Origin: Octopus bimaculoides
Taxonomy: Eukaryota
Length of the DNA stretch: 64,000 nt
Direction of reading: 5' to 3'
Assembly (NCBI RefSeq): GCF_001194135.2
Contig: NC_068991.1
Coordinates: 76,248,057 to 76,312,056 of the forward strand
Both the position numbers and the translations under genes were made by a program. Shown here piece by piece: positions 24,991 to 38,134 of the stretch. Position 1 is the stretch's first letter. Each line of letters begins with the position of its first letter. The notes beneath the pieces are model-generated. The model searched no databases. It saw only the letters and a program-made list of their open reading frames with translations, and had not been told where the DNA came from.

Positions 24991-26004
24991 ATATGTAAAG
25001 TTGGTTATTGTGGATCAAACTATTGATAGCAGATCACTTAGTGGTTGTGGACGTCTATGCATTTAGTAGAGTAGAATTTATTAATAATTGTAGACTGATT
25101 GTGAGAAATTTTCAACTTTAATACTTTATTCAATCAGTAATATTTGAATGAGTAGAGTTGCCTCTTTTATGTGTCCCAGGCCTGTAAATGTAGGCCGAAA
25201 CCTAGCCCTAAACATATACCTGACTATACACTTTAACTCTTACCCTGACCCGATAGAAATTTGAATTTAGTTTCAATAGTGAATCAGTTTTAAGATATTA
25301 TTTTCACCTTTCGGTTCAATTGGCCATATTGTTCTTTCTAGATGTTGTAGTTTCCGGATTTTTGGCTGAATTAGTATTTGACTGTGTCTAGTGAGAATCA
25401 TTAGAGCGTGGAAAATCCCATCTTTTATTAACAGTTTTAGTACTCTTTTACAGAATATAAAATTGTTCATTTGCGCATTAGTATTGCTCCAGTCTCTAAC
25501 AGGTCTTTACTCACTCGAAATCCTTCTGTTGCAGTGTTATATGATGCTTGAAGTATGTTTGGTAATAATTTAAATGTTTCATTCACTCTGATGTAGCAGC
25601 GAACGCAACGCCACCTTATATTTCTTTACAGTTTTCCATTCCTAAATTGTTTCCTTGTAGCACAAGGTATGTATAAGTGATGCCTTTGTACAACATGTGC
25701 TCTTTTTTATGTGATTCATTGATTATAGTGCTTTGATATGGATAGACTGCCCAGAAGTGCTGCTTGTATGTGCAGTGAGGTTAATTCATTTACGTTACCT
25801 ATATGCAATGCTGCGGATGTATTATATCTAACCCCCAGTATTTTTGTCTTCTGAGTGATATGTTTACGTGAATTTAAGACGGTAAAATTTTATAAAAGTG
25901 AGATTTAGCAGGTATGCCTATTCCATGTCGAGCAATCAAATAGGAATATTGTTGGCTCACTCCGTCATTTACTTAAGAGAAATGTTAAATATGCTGTGTA
26001 TATA

Positions 26005-26666
26005 GGCGCAGTTTGGCTGTGTCAAAAGAATCTTGCTTACCAACCACATGGCTACGGGTTCAGTGCCACCGAGTGGTAACTTGGGCAAGTGTCTTCTACT
26101 ATAGCCTCGGGCCGACCAAAGCTCTGTGAGTAGATCTGGTAGTCATATATATATATATATATATATATNNNNNNNNNNNNNNNNNNNNNNNNNNNNNNNN
26201 NNNNNNNNNNNNNNNNNNNNNNNNNNNNNNNNNNNNNNNNNNNNNNNNNNNNNNNNNNNNNNNNNNNNNNNNNNNNNNNNNNNNNNNNNNNNNNNNNNNN
26301 NNNNNNNNNNNNNNNNNNNNNNNNNNNNNNNNNNNNNNNNNNNNNNNNNNNNNNNNNNNNNNNNNNNNNNNNNNNNNNNNNNNNNNNNNNNNNNNNNNNN
26401 NNNNNNNNNNNNNNNNNNNNNNNNNNNNNNNNNNNNNNNNNNNNNNNNNNNNNNNNNNNNNNNNNNNNNNNNNNNNNNNNNNNNNNNNNNNNNNNNNNNN
26501 NNNNNNNNNNNNNNNNNNNNNNNNNNNNNNNNNNNNNNNNNNNNNNNNNNNNNNNNNNNNNNNNNNNNNNNNNNNNNNNNNNNNNNNNNNNNNNNNNNNN
26601 NNNNNNNNNNNNNNNNNNNNNNNNNNNNNNNNNNNNNNNNNNNNNNNNNNNNNNNNNNNNNNNNNN

Positions 26667-26698
<32 letters not shown>

Positions 26699-26884
26699 TG
26701 TGTGGTGTGTGTGTATGTATGTATGTATGTATGTATATGTGTATGCGTTTGTGTGTCTGTGTATTGTCCCCACCATTGCTTGACAACCGATGCTGGTGCG
26801 TTTACGTCTCCGTAATCTAGCGGTGCTGCCGCGTGGCAGCAGTCAAATGACTGAAACAAGTAAAAGAATAAAAGAACAAAAGAA
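26005..26884 (+). mobile_element. SINE family A split by expanded (AT)n and an assembly gap (26169-26666)
   Basis: Head and ttgggcaagtgtcttctactatagcctcgggccgaccaaagc before the gap; tgtccccaccattgcttgacaaccgatgctgg...cagtcaaatgactgaaacaag after it. Confidence 0.9.
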
Positions 26885-28203
26885 TATCAGTAATGGTGTG
26901 TGATAGCGAAAGTACTGTTGATGTTAGCTAGGATGATGTGTAGGATTCAATGGATGCTGAGGAGACTGATTGTGCGAGGTGACTATATATGAGTAATTCC
27001 AAAATTCTTGGAGATTTGCATAGATTCTATATTTCATCATTGTAATTCTACATTGGCTTAGATTTCCGTGCTCGAAAATTGTGATGAATGTTTTTGATTT
27101 CCCGTTGCTGCGACTATAGAATTATTCATAAGACACGGCAGGTTTTGGTACATATAATAGGTCCTTCAGTTGCGCGGTGTTTCAAGTATATGTCTAGAGA
27201 ATTGATCGGGTTTACGGCATTTGAACTTCTGGATATCTGTGTACGCTTCCTCGTATTAATACTTTTTTCTAGCAGATAAAACATTTTTATAGTCAATAGT
27301 TTACTGCGTAAATATATTTTGCATTCCATGGGCTCTTTTGTACGCTTGTGTATTACTACATTTCCGTTCATCCATCTTCCTACATGTCTGCGTTCAAGTT
27401 AACTCCTTTTTCTGTCTCTCAATATATATAAAGCATTATATCAAATCTACTGCAGCACCAAATTACATTATCAAACACAAAAATAAATCACAGAGCATCT
27501 ATATATTAAATTTCCTGCAGCATATATGGTATCATTGCTAAAGAAAATATATTATCAAAACACAACAACGTCTAGGCATTACAAATTGGATGCATATTAG
27601 TTTATAAAACATATATTATACAGATAATGATAGATGCATAATGAAGTATACGGACTTGCTAATATCAAATGGTAACTTTCCATTGCATCTGCATCTCTGC
27701 ACATATGTATCTGTGTGCTCTCATGCGTGCGCGTGGTTGTGTGCATATCTGTGTGTGTGTATGTGTGTGTTAGTGCTTGTGTACGCGTGTGTGTATGTGC
27801 GTGCGTCTGTATATACGATGTGCTCGAATGACAGATATTGTTTGATAGTGTCTGTGCTTTTACGAGATTGCATGAGAATTTAAACATTTACTGACAAAAC
27901 CTTTAGCTAGAAATATTAATATGAATTTCCACTCGTATTAAGCAATAAAATGCTGGTTACAGTAATATCCCATCGACGTAAGCATTCTCTCGGATATACA
28001 CATATAAACATTTTTCTCTCATTGGAAATTTCGTGGCTACGGCCATGGACCACCTGCACGGTTTGTCAGCCGACATACACGGTGTGTTTAAAAGACACCA
28101 CTCATGTGGATAACGGTTGGCTTACAATCGGTTAATCGCCAGCCACACGAGCATGAAACTCGTAGTGCCGGGTATGTGGTACCTGTAGCATGATTTTCCT
28201 CAC

Positions 28204-28283
28204 CTTACCAGAATAACAAGTCCGTAGACATATGCGGAATACATAACTGAGCGCTGTCTGAGTGGTGGAATGCGAAATGTCAT
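28204..28283 (-). CDS. Candidate first coding exon MTFRIPPLRQRSVMYSAYVYGLVIL(VR); hydrophobic end may be a signal or anchor
   Basis: ATG at 28283; two adjacent donors ctg|gtaagg (28209) and aag|gtgagg (28204); CpG-rich non-repeat context; CT tract upstream. Confidence 0.35.
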
Positions 28284-29255
28284 CTCGTTCAGCCGAGTGC
28301 AACATTTGCTCACGAAGGGTGTGGCATAGAGTAGAGAGTGAGAGAGAAAGAGGGAGAGAGGGAAAACGAGAGAGAGTGGGAGACACTTACATTCGAATGT
28401 GGGAGTGAGTTTTGGCTTATAATCTTAAAAAGCTACTAAAAGTAATATTTCGAAGTTACTGTCAATAAGATATAATAAATATGAGACTCTACATATTTAA
28501 TAAGCATTTTATTATTTCATCACTGTTTCTAATTCTCTTTCTCCTTTCCCCCTTTCTCTTCTTCTTCCTTTCACTTCTCCCTTTCTTACTTTTTTTCAAT
28601 TTTTTTTTTCATTTTCAACGACATATATTTGTGCTACATTTACTGTCTGCTTAATATTATTTCTTCGTTTGTCCTGTGTGAGTTTTAGTCTCATCCTTAA
28701 GAGATACTTATTCTTCATATTATACCTCCTCGTTATGTCGAGAAACATAAATATTTGTTATACATGTTTCTTCTTAAATTTGTACATACCTGTTGTCTTG
28801 TTTCCTCATACCTGAAGCACCACCGTTTCATTTCTGTAGCAGATTTTCTTTAACTTTACAGATATACATAAGCTGGCAATATTGTTCCTAACATGCGGAA
28901 AACATGATGATATTCTGACAATATTTGATGAAGAGAGCTTTATGTCTATATTTCTGATTTTCAGTTTTATGGGTTTTGGAAATTTTCTCTATGTTTAATC
29001 TCACTTTTATTGTCAAGTCAAAGCAACACAGATATATCTGCTCAGTCTATGTAGAACATATGATTTATTTCAAATGTAAGGTCATTTCGCGAGACAAGCT
29101 CAGCTTCAGTTTCAATTAAAATACCTGTATGTGTATATGATTGTGTGTGTCTTTATGTATGTATAAGTATGTTCGTATGTGTATGTGCGCATGTGTGTGT
29201 GTATATATACATATATATATATATANNNNNNNNNNATATATATATATATATATAT

Positions 29256-29326
<71 letters not shown>

Positions 29327-29327
<1 letters not shown>

Positions 29328-29473
29328 GCGTGGCTGTGGGGTAAGAAAATTGCTTTCCAAACATATGCTTCCAAGTTCGATCGGTACCTTGGGCAAGTGT
29401 TTTCTACTACAGCCTGGGGCCGACCAAAGCCTTGTGAGTGGATTTGGGAAATGGAAACTGAAAGAAGCCTGTC

Positions 29474-29474
<1 letters not shown>
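29327..29474 (+). mobile_element. SINE family A, 5' half
   Basis: ggcgtggctgtggggtaag...accttgggcaagtg...gaaactgaaagaagcctgtcg. Confidence 0.9.
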
Positions 29475-29520
<46 letters not shown>

Positions 29521-29539
29521 TGTATGTGTGTGTATGTCT

Positions 29540-29640
29540 GTATGGCTGTGTGGTAAGTAGCTTGCTTACCAACCACATGATTCCGGGTTCAATACCATTG
29601 AGTGACACCTTGGGCAAGTGTCTTCTTGTATAGCCTCAAG
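29540..29640 (+). mobile_element. SINE family A head, following the previous copy's internal microsatellite
   Basis: tggctgtgtggtaagtagcttgcttaccaaccacatgattccgggttcaatacc...accttgggcaagtgtctt. Confidence 0.9.
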
Positions 29641-30666
29641 CATCGGTATCTGAGATGAACAACAATGCTACATGTGACAGGTATGATAATTCTTGAGGTA
29701 TTCCTTTATATGAAACCAACGGCAGCTTTAATATAGATATACAGAATCTTTACCTACCTATGCGGTCTTGAGCATTGATTTTTGCTCTATAAGCGTATGA
29801 ATGTCATTTTTATATGCGTCTGGTATGTGTGAGTAGAGCCAGTTAAATATATTTATATTTATATTGTTCTAACGGAAAAAAACATACGAAAACAAAATTC
29901 CTAAAATTTGATATTAAGAACAAGGTCCTGATATTTAGCGAGAGATTTGTTCTCTCTAGCTTTTATGAGTAAATTATGTAAATTTAAGAAAAAAGCAATA
30001 TCACGAAATTAATATCAAAATGTAATAGCTAACAATCTTTGGAAAAGTTTTATTTTATTATGAAGACACATCGCTTTACAAAAAACTAAAATCCAAATGT
30101 TTTTAGAAAATAGTAATAAATATATAATAATATTTTTAAATCACTGTTCGATATTCTTTATCACAAACCTACCAAATTTAATAAAAAGAAATCAACTGCG
30201 TATCAAATGATAGCAGTAAAAATTTATATTTATATTATGATAATCATATAATTTCCAGGGAAGGAGGGATCATTTTTTTTTTAAATAATAATTTCGTTTC
30301 ATTTCAAACAAAGAAGGAAATGTTTGAACCACTGAAAAGGGGCTAAATATGATAAGAAGTGCAATAGTTTAAGGCATTAGACATTTATAGAGGTGTTTTT
30401 TAATGCTAAATGAAGATACCAGAGACGTAACGATAAACTAATAAAATCATTTGAAGATGCACAAAGGCACTTAATTTGCAAACAACAATGTATAATGATT
30501 TAAATATTTGAAAACGAAAGCCAAATTTCGTTAGAGTTATTAGTTATAAGTTAGATAATAAAATATGTTTCTCCTACTATTGCTATATTTGTTGTATCAC
30601 TTATGTCGAATTTCGTACGCTGTATATACAAATCAATGGCAGAGCATCTGCGTTCATTATACATAA

Positions 30667-30706
30667 TAGAAATAGCAGCCAACTCTCCCTCAAAATACAC
30701 TATACC
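30667..30706 (+). mobile_element. Putative third SINE family (C), core fragment
   Basis: tagaaatagcagccaactctccctcaaaatacac; related to 48396-48430, 42860-42895 (-) and 56128-56157. Confidence 0.5.
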
Positions 30707-31492
30707 TTCTTGCGTGACGAAACAGCTTTCTATAACATTATATATATATATAAATATATATANNNNNNNNNNNNNNNNNNNNNNNNNNNNNNNNNNNNNN
30801 NNNNNNNNNNNNNNNNNNNNNNNNNNNNNNNNNNNNNNNNNNNNNNNNNNNNNNNNNNNNNNNNNNNNNNNNNNNNNNNNNNNNATATATATATATATAT
30901 ATATATAATATATATATATATGTACACGTGTGTGTATGTGTGTGACCGTGCATGTGTATGATTGTGCGTGTGAATGTGTGGGCGGGTTATTGTATTTTCT
31001 TACATACAATATGACTGCCAGTGTGTTTCTGACTCTCTTCCATTTATCTTTTACATGGTCGCTCACCGCGATCCCAATATCCTTTAGATTTGTCTGAAAT
31101 CGTTTACCATCGTCTAAAGAGGTGACAGAAACATTTTCATAAACTGCCTGAAATCTTACCAGGATAGTAATATGATTTTGATGTTAGAGCTGCTTAATCA
31201 GAGCTTGATTGAAACTAGATTGCAACAACGAAAATGTAGTAATAATTTCAACTTCAGGGTTGGGGCCAGCAATGATTTCGAAAGCTACGGTTATGTGGTT
31301 GAGAATAAATTAAATAAGTGGAACAAACGGTTAAACTTCTACTTGGAAATATTTTATAACACTGATGCCTTTATCAAAAGTGTCTGCTCGTAGTTGAAGA
31401 GAGAGGGATAATCGTTTAGTTTGTTAAATTTTCTTTTCGAGAACTGAACGTTTATCAATAATGAAAGAATTGTTGTAAATATAAACAAACAG

Positions 31493-31591
31493 GACAATTA
31501 TAAAGGCAAAACGTTCGAGCCGACTGTGAAGGACATCGAGAAAACTGAAAGCGATATGCATTGGAAGTGGGAAATGTCCATCAAAACAAAA
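31493..31591 (+). CDS. Candidate 99-nt phase 0-0 exon DNYKGKTFEPTVKDIEKTESDMHWKWEMSIKTK
   Basis: Donor aaa|gtaagt and an open frame; the acceptor (aaacag) lacks a pyrimidine tract. May instead be LINE debris. Confidence 0.3.
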
Positions 31592-34079
31592 GTAAGTGAA
31601 AGCAGTTGTTAATATTTGTTAGAAAACGGTAAAGAATCGGTTATATTGAAATGAGTTTTATACATCGAAAGGCCAAACGAAAACCAAGACAAACACTTAA
31701 GCAACAAGCAAAGTTACAATGAACCAAATGACGAAGAGATTATATCGGACATTTTTATCTGGTACTGGTCTAATGAAACACAAATAAATGATAACCAACA
31801 GAAAGCAATCCAAATCTTCTACTCGTTTAAGAAATGGGATTGTATGACTTGAAGAGATGGCATTCCTTTTCTCAAACACCTCGTGTGTATACTGACGTGC
31901 TGGACACTTTTCTCATAGGATAGATAAAGAAAATAATATTATGAATGTTAACATTATAGCTGAGATCCAAATTAAAGATTTGTTTTATAATAAAGACATG
32001 AACTCAATGGCTTAGCGAGGAAACAATCCGAATTATTTCTAATTCTAAATTTATGGTTGAAATTTTCGACAATGGTCGGTGTTACCTTTCCATACTGCAA
32101 AGGAATTTGTCTTCTATTTTCAAGCTAGCCTTATATGAGATTATTTTCTGGCCTTAAGGATGTTTTTGCCGCAGAGAATTAATAACTGTATAAAAGTCTG
32201 AATAAGAGCAACAAATATTGATTATAATTTTTATTTATTTTGATGGTTCCACAATCTTTTCTTCGGCACTGAGTGATTCCATAATTATTCATTTGAGATG
32301 ATCTGCACACAAATATGTAATTAATTACAGTAGTTTACCGCATTTGTTTGCGATATGTCACACGATGCCGGACGTTTCAGTTATTAAACAAAAATTGTTT
32401 CGTGTCATTTCTTGTGTATGTTTAGTATGAAAGAAAAGAGCTGAATAAACATACTTCACGTGTGATTGCGTCATAAATTTTGTCGTGCGTTGTAATGTCA
32501 ATAGAAGCGGAGTGAACAACTCAGTCTTGCAGCAAGATTAAAGCCATTTCCATTCATTCGAACATCTAATACACTTAAGAAGCGAACGAATGATGCACAA
32601 TTTCATTACAATTGCTTCTAAAAATGAGGCATTTCTTTTAAGCAGGAAATCAATATTGATGAAGCACCTATGTACGCTGATAAGTAGATGAAGAGGATTT
32701 ACTGTAGGCGTTGAAATGAAACGGTAAACGATCCTGCAGAAATAATATCTAAACTGCAACATATCATTTCAAGTAATGTTGAAGTCTAGAAATAGTAGTC
32801 ACAACACCCTGGCATCATACCAACATCTTCGTAAAATAATAGATTCGATAAAATAGCTCTTGTAACGTAATACTTGCGAAAAGGCGAACAAAGATAAAAG
32901 AAATATATTCGAAAAGAAGTTTGAGCGATCTAGTCTGAGCTGAGGTTAAACACCACTATCATCATCAACAACAATTACATAATAATGACTACTAACTGTG
33001 GATCAGTTCTAAGAATTGGTATAAACAGTCATGATACATCTTATATTACGGGCGAAGAATACTTACTGTTGCCGAGTTTTCTGGTGGTTTTAATTTACCT
33101 CAGTAAATCAAAAACGATTTTGATCAGGGGAACATTACGGACTAGAATATACAACATTGTTTCGATATTCTCAGTCGTATAACTACAACCTTTTGACATA
33201 GTCTTATAAACCTCCACATTACTTGTCCTCTTCTTACTATCTCACACTATCATTTATACTTTTTGGAGGTTATTGTAAAACCGGGCGGATGAGTGATGTC
33301 CTCATGCGGCAACTGAAATCGTATTTTTTTTTTTTTTTTTTTTTGCTCCTTGCGTTTTGTCACATCAATATGGTTGAATCTCAGATGACCTCACTTTTGA
33401 AGTTATTGGGGTACTTTAGGCACCGACCGGTGACAGCATGATCAACTGCGTGGTGATTAAAACCCATAGCAATAAAGCCTTTTGGTGGTCTACCATTCTT
33501 CTGATAGACATCATAAACATGGAAATACGCCAATGTCTTTAAGCGAGAAGAGCAAGTAAATCAACATCAGCCAGATATATACCCGTGTCACTGCTCCCTT
33601 GCTCTTTATAGCTGCTGGAGTGATCTGTGCTCAAGGAATTACCAGCAATTATCAGATTTTACAGACAACTGAGAAGTCGGTTTAGCTATAAATGAACACA
33701 TTAGAGCTGGGGTGACGCTCATACTTTACATTGAGCCAAGACATGAAAGTACAAGGCAAATTCGTAGGCAGGGATTTGGTGACCAATGCTAAACATTGCC
33801 CATAATCATGAAATGTAAAAAAGTATTAAACTGTGGGAGAAATTGGAAAGTCTTTAGGAGAAGCTAGAAACAAAAGGGAGTTCCTGACCGATCAGTGCCA
33901 GGGTTAACTTTGCTGGATCATCAAATCAGCGACAGACTTACAATAAAATCCTTTGCACTTTGATACGCAAACAACACGGCTATACTCTAATATCCGAGAC
34001 AACACAGCTATACCCTAATAATCCAGACAACATTATTGAATTAGAAATATTTGTTAGCAGAGTCATTCAGTCTATGGAG

Positions 34080-34440
34080 ACTTTCTTCGATAACTGGCAC
34101 AGGAACCATCAGACAAGCTAAAGCCTGCAAACACAGCCTCAGTAACAAATACTTTTACCTAGAAAGACATCGTAGGTACCTTTATTCTGTAAATTCGTAA
34201 CATTCAGAGAATATCGAGACAGTACCTTCTTCTAACAACTTACAAATCTTCAATTGCTGTAACATAACAGAGCACCTGGTCAAAAACACATACATTTCCA
34301 GAATATATTGGAGTGGCTCATATGGATATGAACACCAATTACTGATCAACAGATTTTTGACAAGTGATATTCAGGAGAAAGTGCATTCTGAGTATAACAT
34401 ATATAACTATCTGAAGTCTTTCGAGAGGTTTTTTACTTCT
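34080..34440 (+). mobile_element. R4/Dong-clade LINE RT relic
   Basis: GSYGYEHQLLINR...YNYLKSFER resembles GSYGCKDQLLINK...WIDYKKAFDS. Confidence 0.65.
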
Positions 34441-34949
34441 AATGGATCGTGGAACCATTATTAATAATCTCACACATTGAATACGTCAAGGGTGAAAGGC
34501 AACATGTCTCTACACACAAACAAAAAGAATTATGAAATATGACACAATCTGTAACAACAAGAATACTATTCCAAAGGGATCCTTCTTGAGATTCCTCTTC
34601 TTCTTGGCAGTAAAAACATTAACGAATATGTTAAACAATACTGAATTCAAATAGCAATGGTGTCGGAAGACAATATTTTGAATATGGATGGCCATGCGTA
34701 TGCTGTTGATGATAAGCATGTAGAAACACGGCTATTACAGTACACTGTTTCAACAGAGAAACTTATTTGAGATTCGGATAAGAAAAATAAGGTAAAGAAA
34801 CACTGAAGAGGGACGGTGATTAATGAATAATATTATTATCATTCTGGATAAGGCAAAGCATTAGAAAATTTCAACAAACTGCATTACAAATCAACAATCT
34901 AACACAATACAGCAGGCAAATACATAAATTACATACCCGCTAGTGAAGG

Positions 34950-35130
34950 AATATTATAGATCCATTAGACCGATATATAAAATGTTGCTAAATGATAAAA
35001 AAAATAGGGTAATTGGTGACATTATTGTAGCTGTCCCCGTAAAATGCTGTAGTTATAACATTTTCAACTAGATGTAAAAATGAAATATCAAGATTTGACA
35101 GAAAAAACTCTGATGGTTGTATTTAGAAGA
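34950..35130 (+). mobile_element. R4/Dong restriction-like endonuclease relic
   Basis: RP...DKKNRVIGDIIVAVP...KMKYQDL. Confidence 0.5.
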
Positions 35131-35594
35131 CTCCACGCAACATCTAACACAGATCATGTTTACCTCGATTATTTATGTAGGAGTTTTATGTAATTCGATT
35201 TGATTATATAATGACTAGTTTTAAAATACACCACCACAAATCTGAGATTGAATGTTAATATTTATCTCAATTACAGGGCGTGAAGGCTTATCTGATACAG
35301 GTTCACGCAAGTATCCATATCTAAACGTATAACACTGGAAAACTAATAAAAGTAGCTATATGTTACGAACAAAACAAGATATGTTTTCTGTCCTGAAGAT
35401 CTCCAATAAATACCAAAATAGAGTTGGAAATGACATTACACTGAGTTGAGAAATAAGTACTACACTAAATGTGAAACATAAAAAGTAAGCTAAAAATTGC
35501 AGAATTGAATATCTTGCTAAAATAATGACAAGAAACAGCCTCCCATTGACGATAATCAAAATTCGAAATAAGATGGAGATAGAAAAAGAAAAAC

Positions 35595-35750
35595 CGAAAC
35601 AGTGGTTAAGCCTAAAGGGTTCATGATTGCCGCGCAAAGTCACAGCCTTTTCATCGAATAGTGTTAAAACATTGTATCGACGAAGAATCCACATGAGAAA
35701 TTCCAAAATATGTGGAGAATGGGAAGAAAGAATTAACTACTGGGTTGAAA
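35595..35750 (+). mobile_element. R4/Dong pre-zinc-knuckle relic
   Basis: KGFMIAAQSHSL...KICGEWEERINY resembles EGFIIAAQDQSL...CRICG..EETINH. Confidence 0.6.
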
Positions 35751-35959
35751 CAAATGTTTATACCACTTCAAAACTGGCGGCGCTTAAACAAGTGATTTCG
35801 TTTTTCACATTACAGAAGTACATGACATGTATATTCCGTCTTTCTGTACGATTACTCGGTGAATAGTTTATTTCTACGGCTTTTAGTTAAAGCGAGAATT
35901 AGAAATATTTTCATTATTCCACGTTCTCTTATTTCTGCAGGAGAAATGACGCTGTACTA

Positions 35960-36060
35960 ACAGCAAAAAGATATGTATATTTTTGGGGGATAGTGCCATA
36001 GCTGAGAGGACTGTCTGAAAGTAGTCCGTTAGGTTTAAGCGTGAAATTTTTCATGAGCCA
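35960..36060 (+). mobile_element. mariner transposase N-terminal relic
   Basis: DSAIAERTV*K*SVRFKR resembles DSAIAERTVRKWFARFK. Confidence 0.55.
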
Positions 36061-36329
36061 ACGACAGAAATAGCGAAAGTTAGTGGAACACAATTTGACA
36101 CATGGTGTGTTCCAATGAAATCTGACGATTATTTATGAGTCTTTTTCTTAGGAACAACTTGACGTATTGTCGAACAGCCAATGGTGTTGGAGAGCATAAG
36201 GATTAAATTCATGATTGAGTACAACTTTAATCTTTAGGCTGACATACGGGACTGGAAGCCATTTGAATACTGGAAAAAATTTACCTGCATCAAGATGATT
36301 CTGACAACGATCGAAATTCCGACAACATA

Positions 36330-37240
36330 ACTGCTGCTCAATGCTCTGTTAACATTGTAAAGGCTGTAAGACGTAATTTAGGCAGCTGCAACGGAAACTA
36401 CAAACCTGTGGGCAGCAGGAAAGCAAACGTCAATTGTTCTGGCTGCGTCTACACGCCCGAATTAATCCAACTGCAGGACAAGGGGTTGTAAAATCTGAAA
36501 GACACGGGTATTGTAGTCACCCTGGATATGGAGCATTACTGCCACTTGTGAACGAGGTGAAACGGAAATCCGACACCCAAGGCCATGGAAAGACGTTTGG
36601 CGAAGGCAAACATTGTTTCTGAGAAAGCTGAGACATTCTGTTGATCTGGTTCTTCTCTAATGAAAAGAATGTCTGCCAGAACCAGTTACCCAACACAGGA
36701 GAAATAGCTTGCCTACAATACCACGTACCATGAAAACCAAGTTCCCTCGAACTGTGATGGTCTTCGGAAGTGTCTCCTATGAAGGTGACATCATTGCACG
36801 CCACGTCTTTGATCAGGCGTTTAGGCTCAATTGAAACGGCTATATGAAGCTGCTGGAGTCTGTGATCAATCCCAGCAGGAGATGAATGTTGCTACAAGGC
36901 CATACATGTGGCAGCAGAATTTGGTTGCTTGTCATATTTCCAGAAAGTCAGAAGTGGTTGTCGGAGAATTTCTATCACTTCACTTGCCCGAACATCTGGT
37001 CTCCTACTTCCCTCGATTGTAACCCCATGGGTTACTATGTTTGGAGTGCGGTTGAGAAAGACAAAAATTCCTCAACCTGTAACACCGAGGCCGAGTTCTT
37101 CGCCAAAAGCAAGGAGGTATTCGAAGATCTTCCCAGAAATTGACGTCTTTTAACTTTTTAAAAATAATATTAATTTTAAATTGCAGATTGTGTTTTATTT
37201 TTTTGTAGTGCAACCTATGAAATTTAACCCGACCACCCTC
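36330..37240 (+). mobile_element. maT/DD37D Tc1-mariner transposon relic
   Basis: WFFSNEKN...KTKFPRTVMVFG.VS.EGDI...RPYMWQQN...QKWLSENFY.FT.PNIWSP.S.DCNPMGYYVWSAVEK, with 37-aa D2-D3 spacing after correcting a frameshift. Confidence 0.88.
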
Positions 37241-38094
37241 TTTATCATTGAACACAGTTATGTACAAATATCGAAATATATTACATAAGCGTAGCACAGA
37301 TGAATTCTCAGAGATTGTCATGATATACGCTGAAGTAGGTTAACACGAACAGACGTGGCAATCAAGACAAAGGCAACCAGGAAAAACGTGGCATTAATCG
37401 AATTATTAGTCACTACAAATATTGTTATTGTTATCTCTGAAAGATATATAGAAAATATCCAAATATAGAGAATCTAGAAATAGAAATATCGAGTGTAAAT
37501 ATCTAGATTTAAAGACCTGGAAATAGAACTAAACCAAAATAATATTTTACGAAAACAGAAACCATTTTTTAAAATAAATACCATAGGGTTGATTAATACA
37601 CTTTCAGGTTAATTCATAAAAGCGCATAACTTACAAATATATACTACATTCAAAAGGTTGTAATATTAACATTGTATACATATTACACAAAATACCTTAC
37701 GCGCCGTATGTACAAATGTTTAACATATTCACTTCACAATCAGGCTATTTATTGGTTTGATGCCGAGAGAAACCTCTCAACAATCGTCAAACCTGCCACA
37801 TAGAACGTGCTCTACTTCTTAATCCCTTATAGACATATGATAACTTTCATTAACGGTTTGTTGCTTGTTTCTTTCTAATCCACCGACTTCACTCAGGGGT
37901 TGTTTGTAGCCATCTGTTGCTGGGTAGTTAAAACACCATTTCTATTTTAGTCACAATCGAAGTTTGAGTAAGCCAACCTGAGCACATAATACACGTGCCT
38001 AATACAATATGTCATTAGACGTAATTTCATCTACACACACACACACACACACCCACACACATATATAATATATAAATATATGCCCACGCATATA

Positions 38095-38128
<34 letters not shown>

Positions 38129-38134
38129 ACAGAT

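Noticed and set aside
29758-29786. 29-nt minus-strand 'exon' reading AKINAQDRIG (ankyrin-like)
   Set aside because: An isolated 10 residues with no other ankyrin exons found; likely coincidence.
30705-30728. 24-nt minus-strand microexon
   Set aside because: It adjoins and overlaps a SINE family C remnant.
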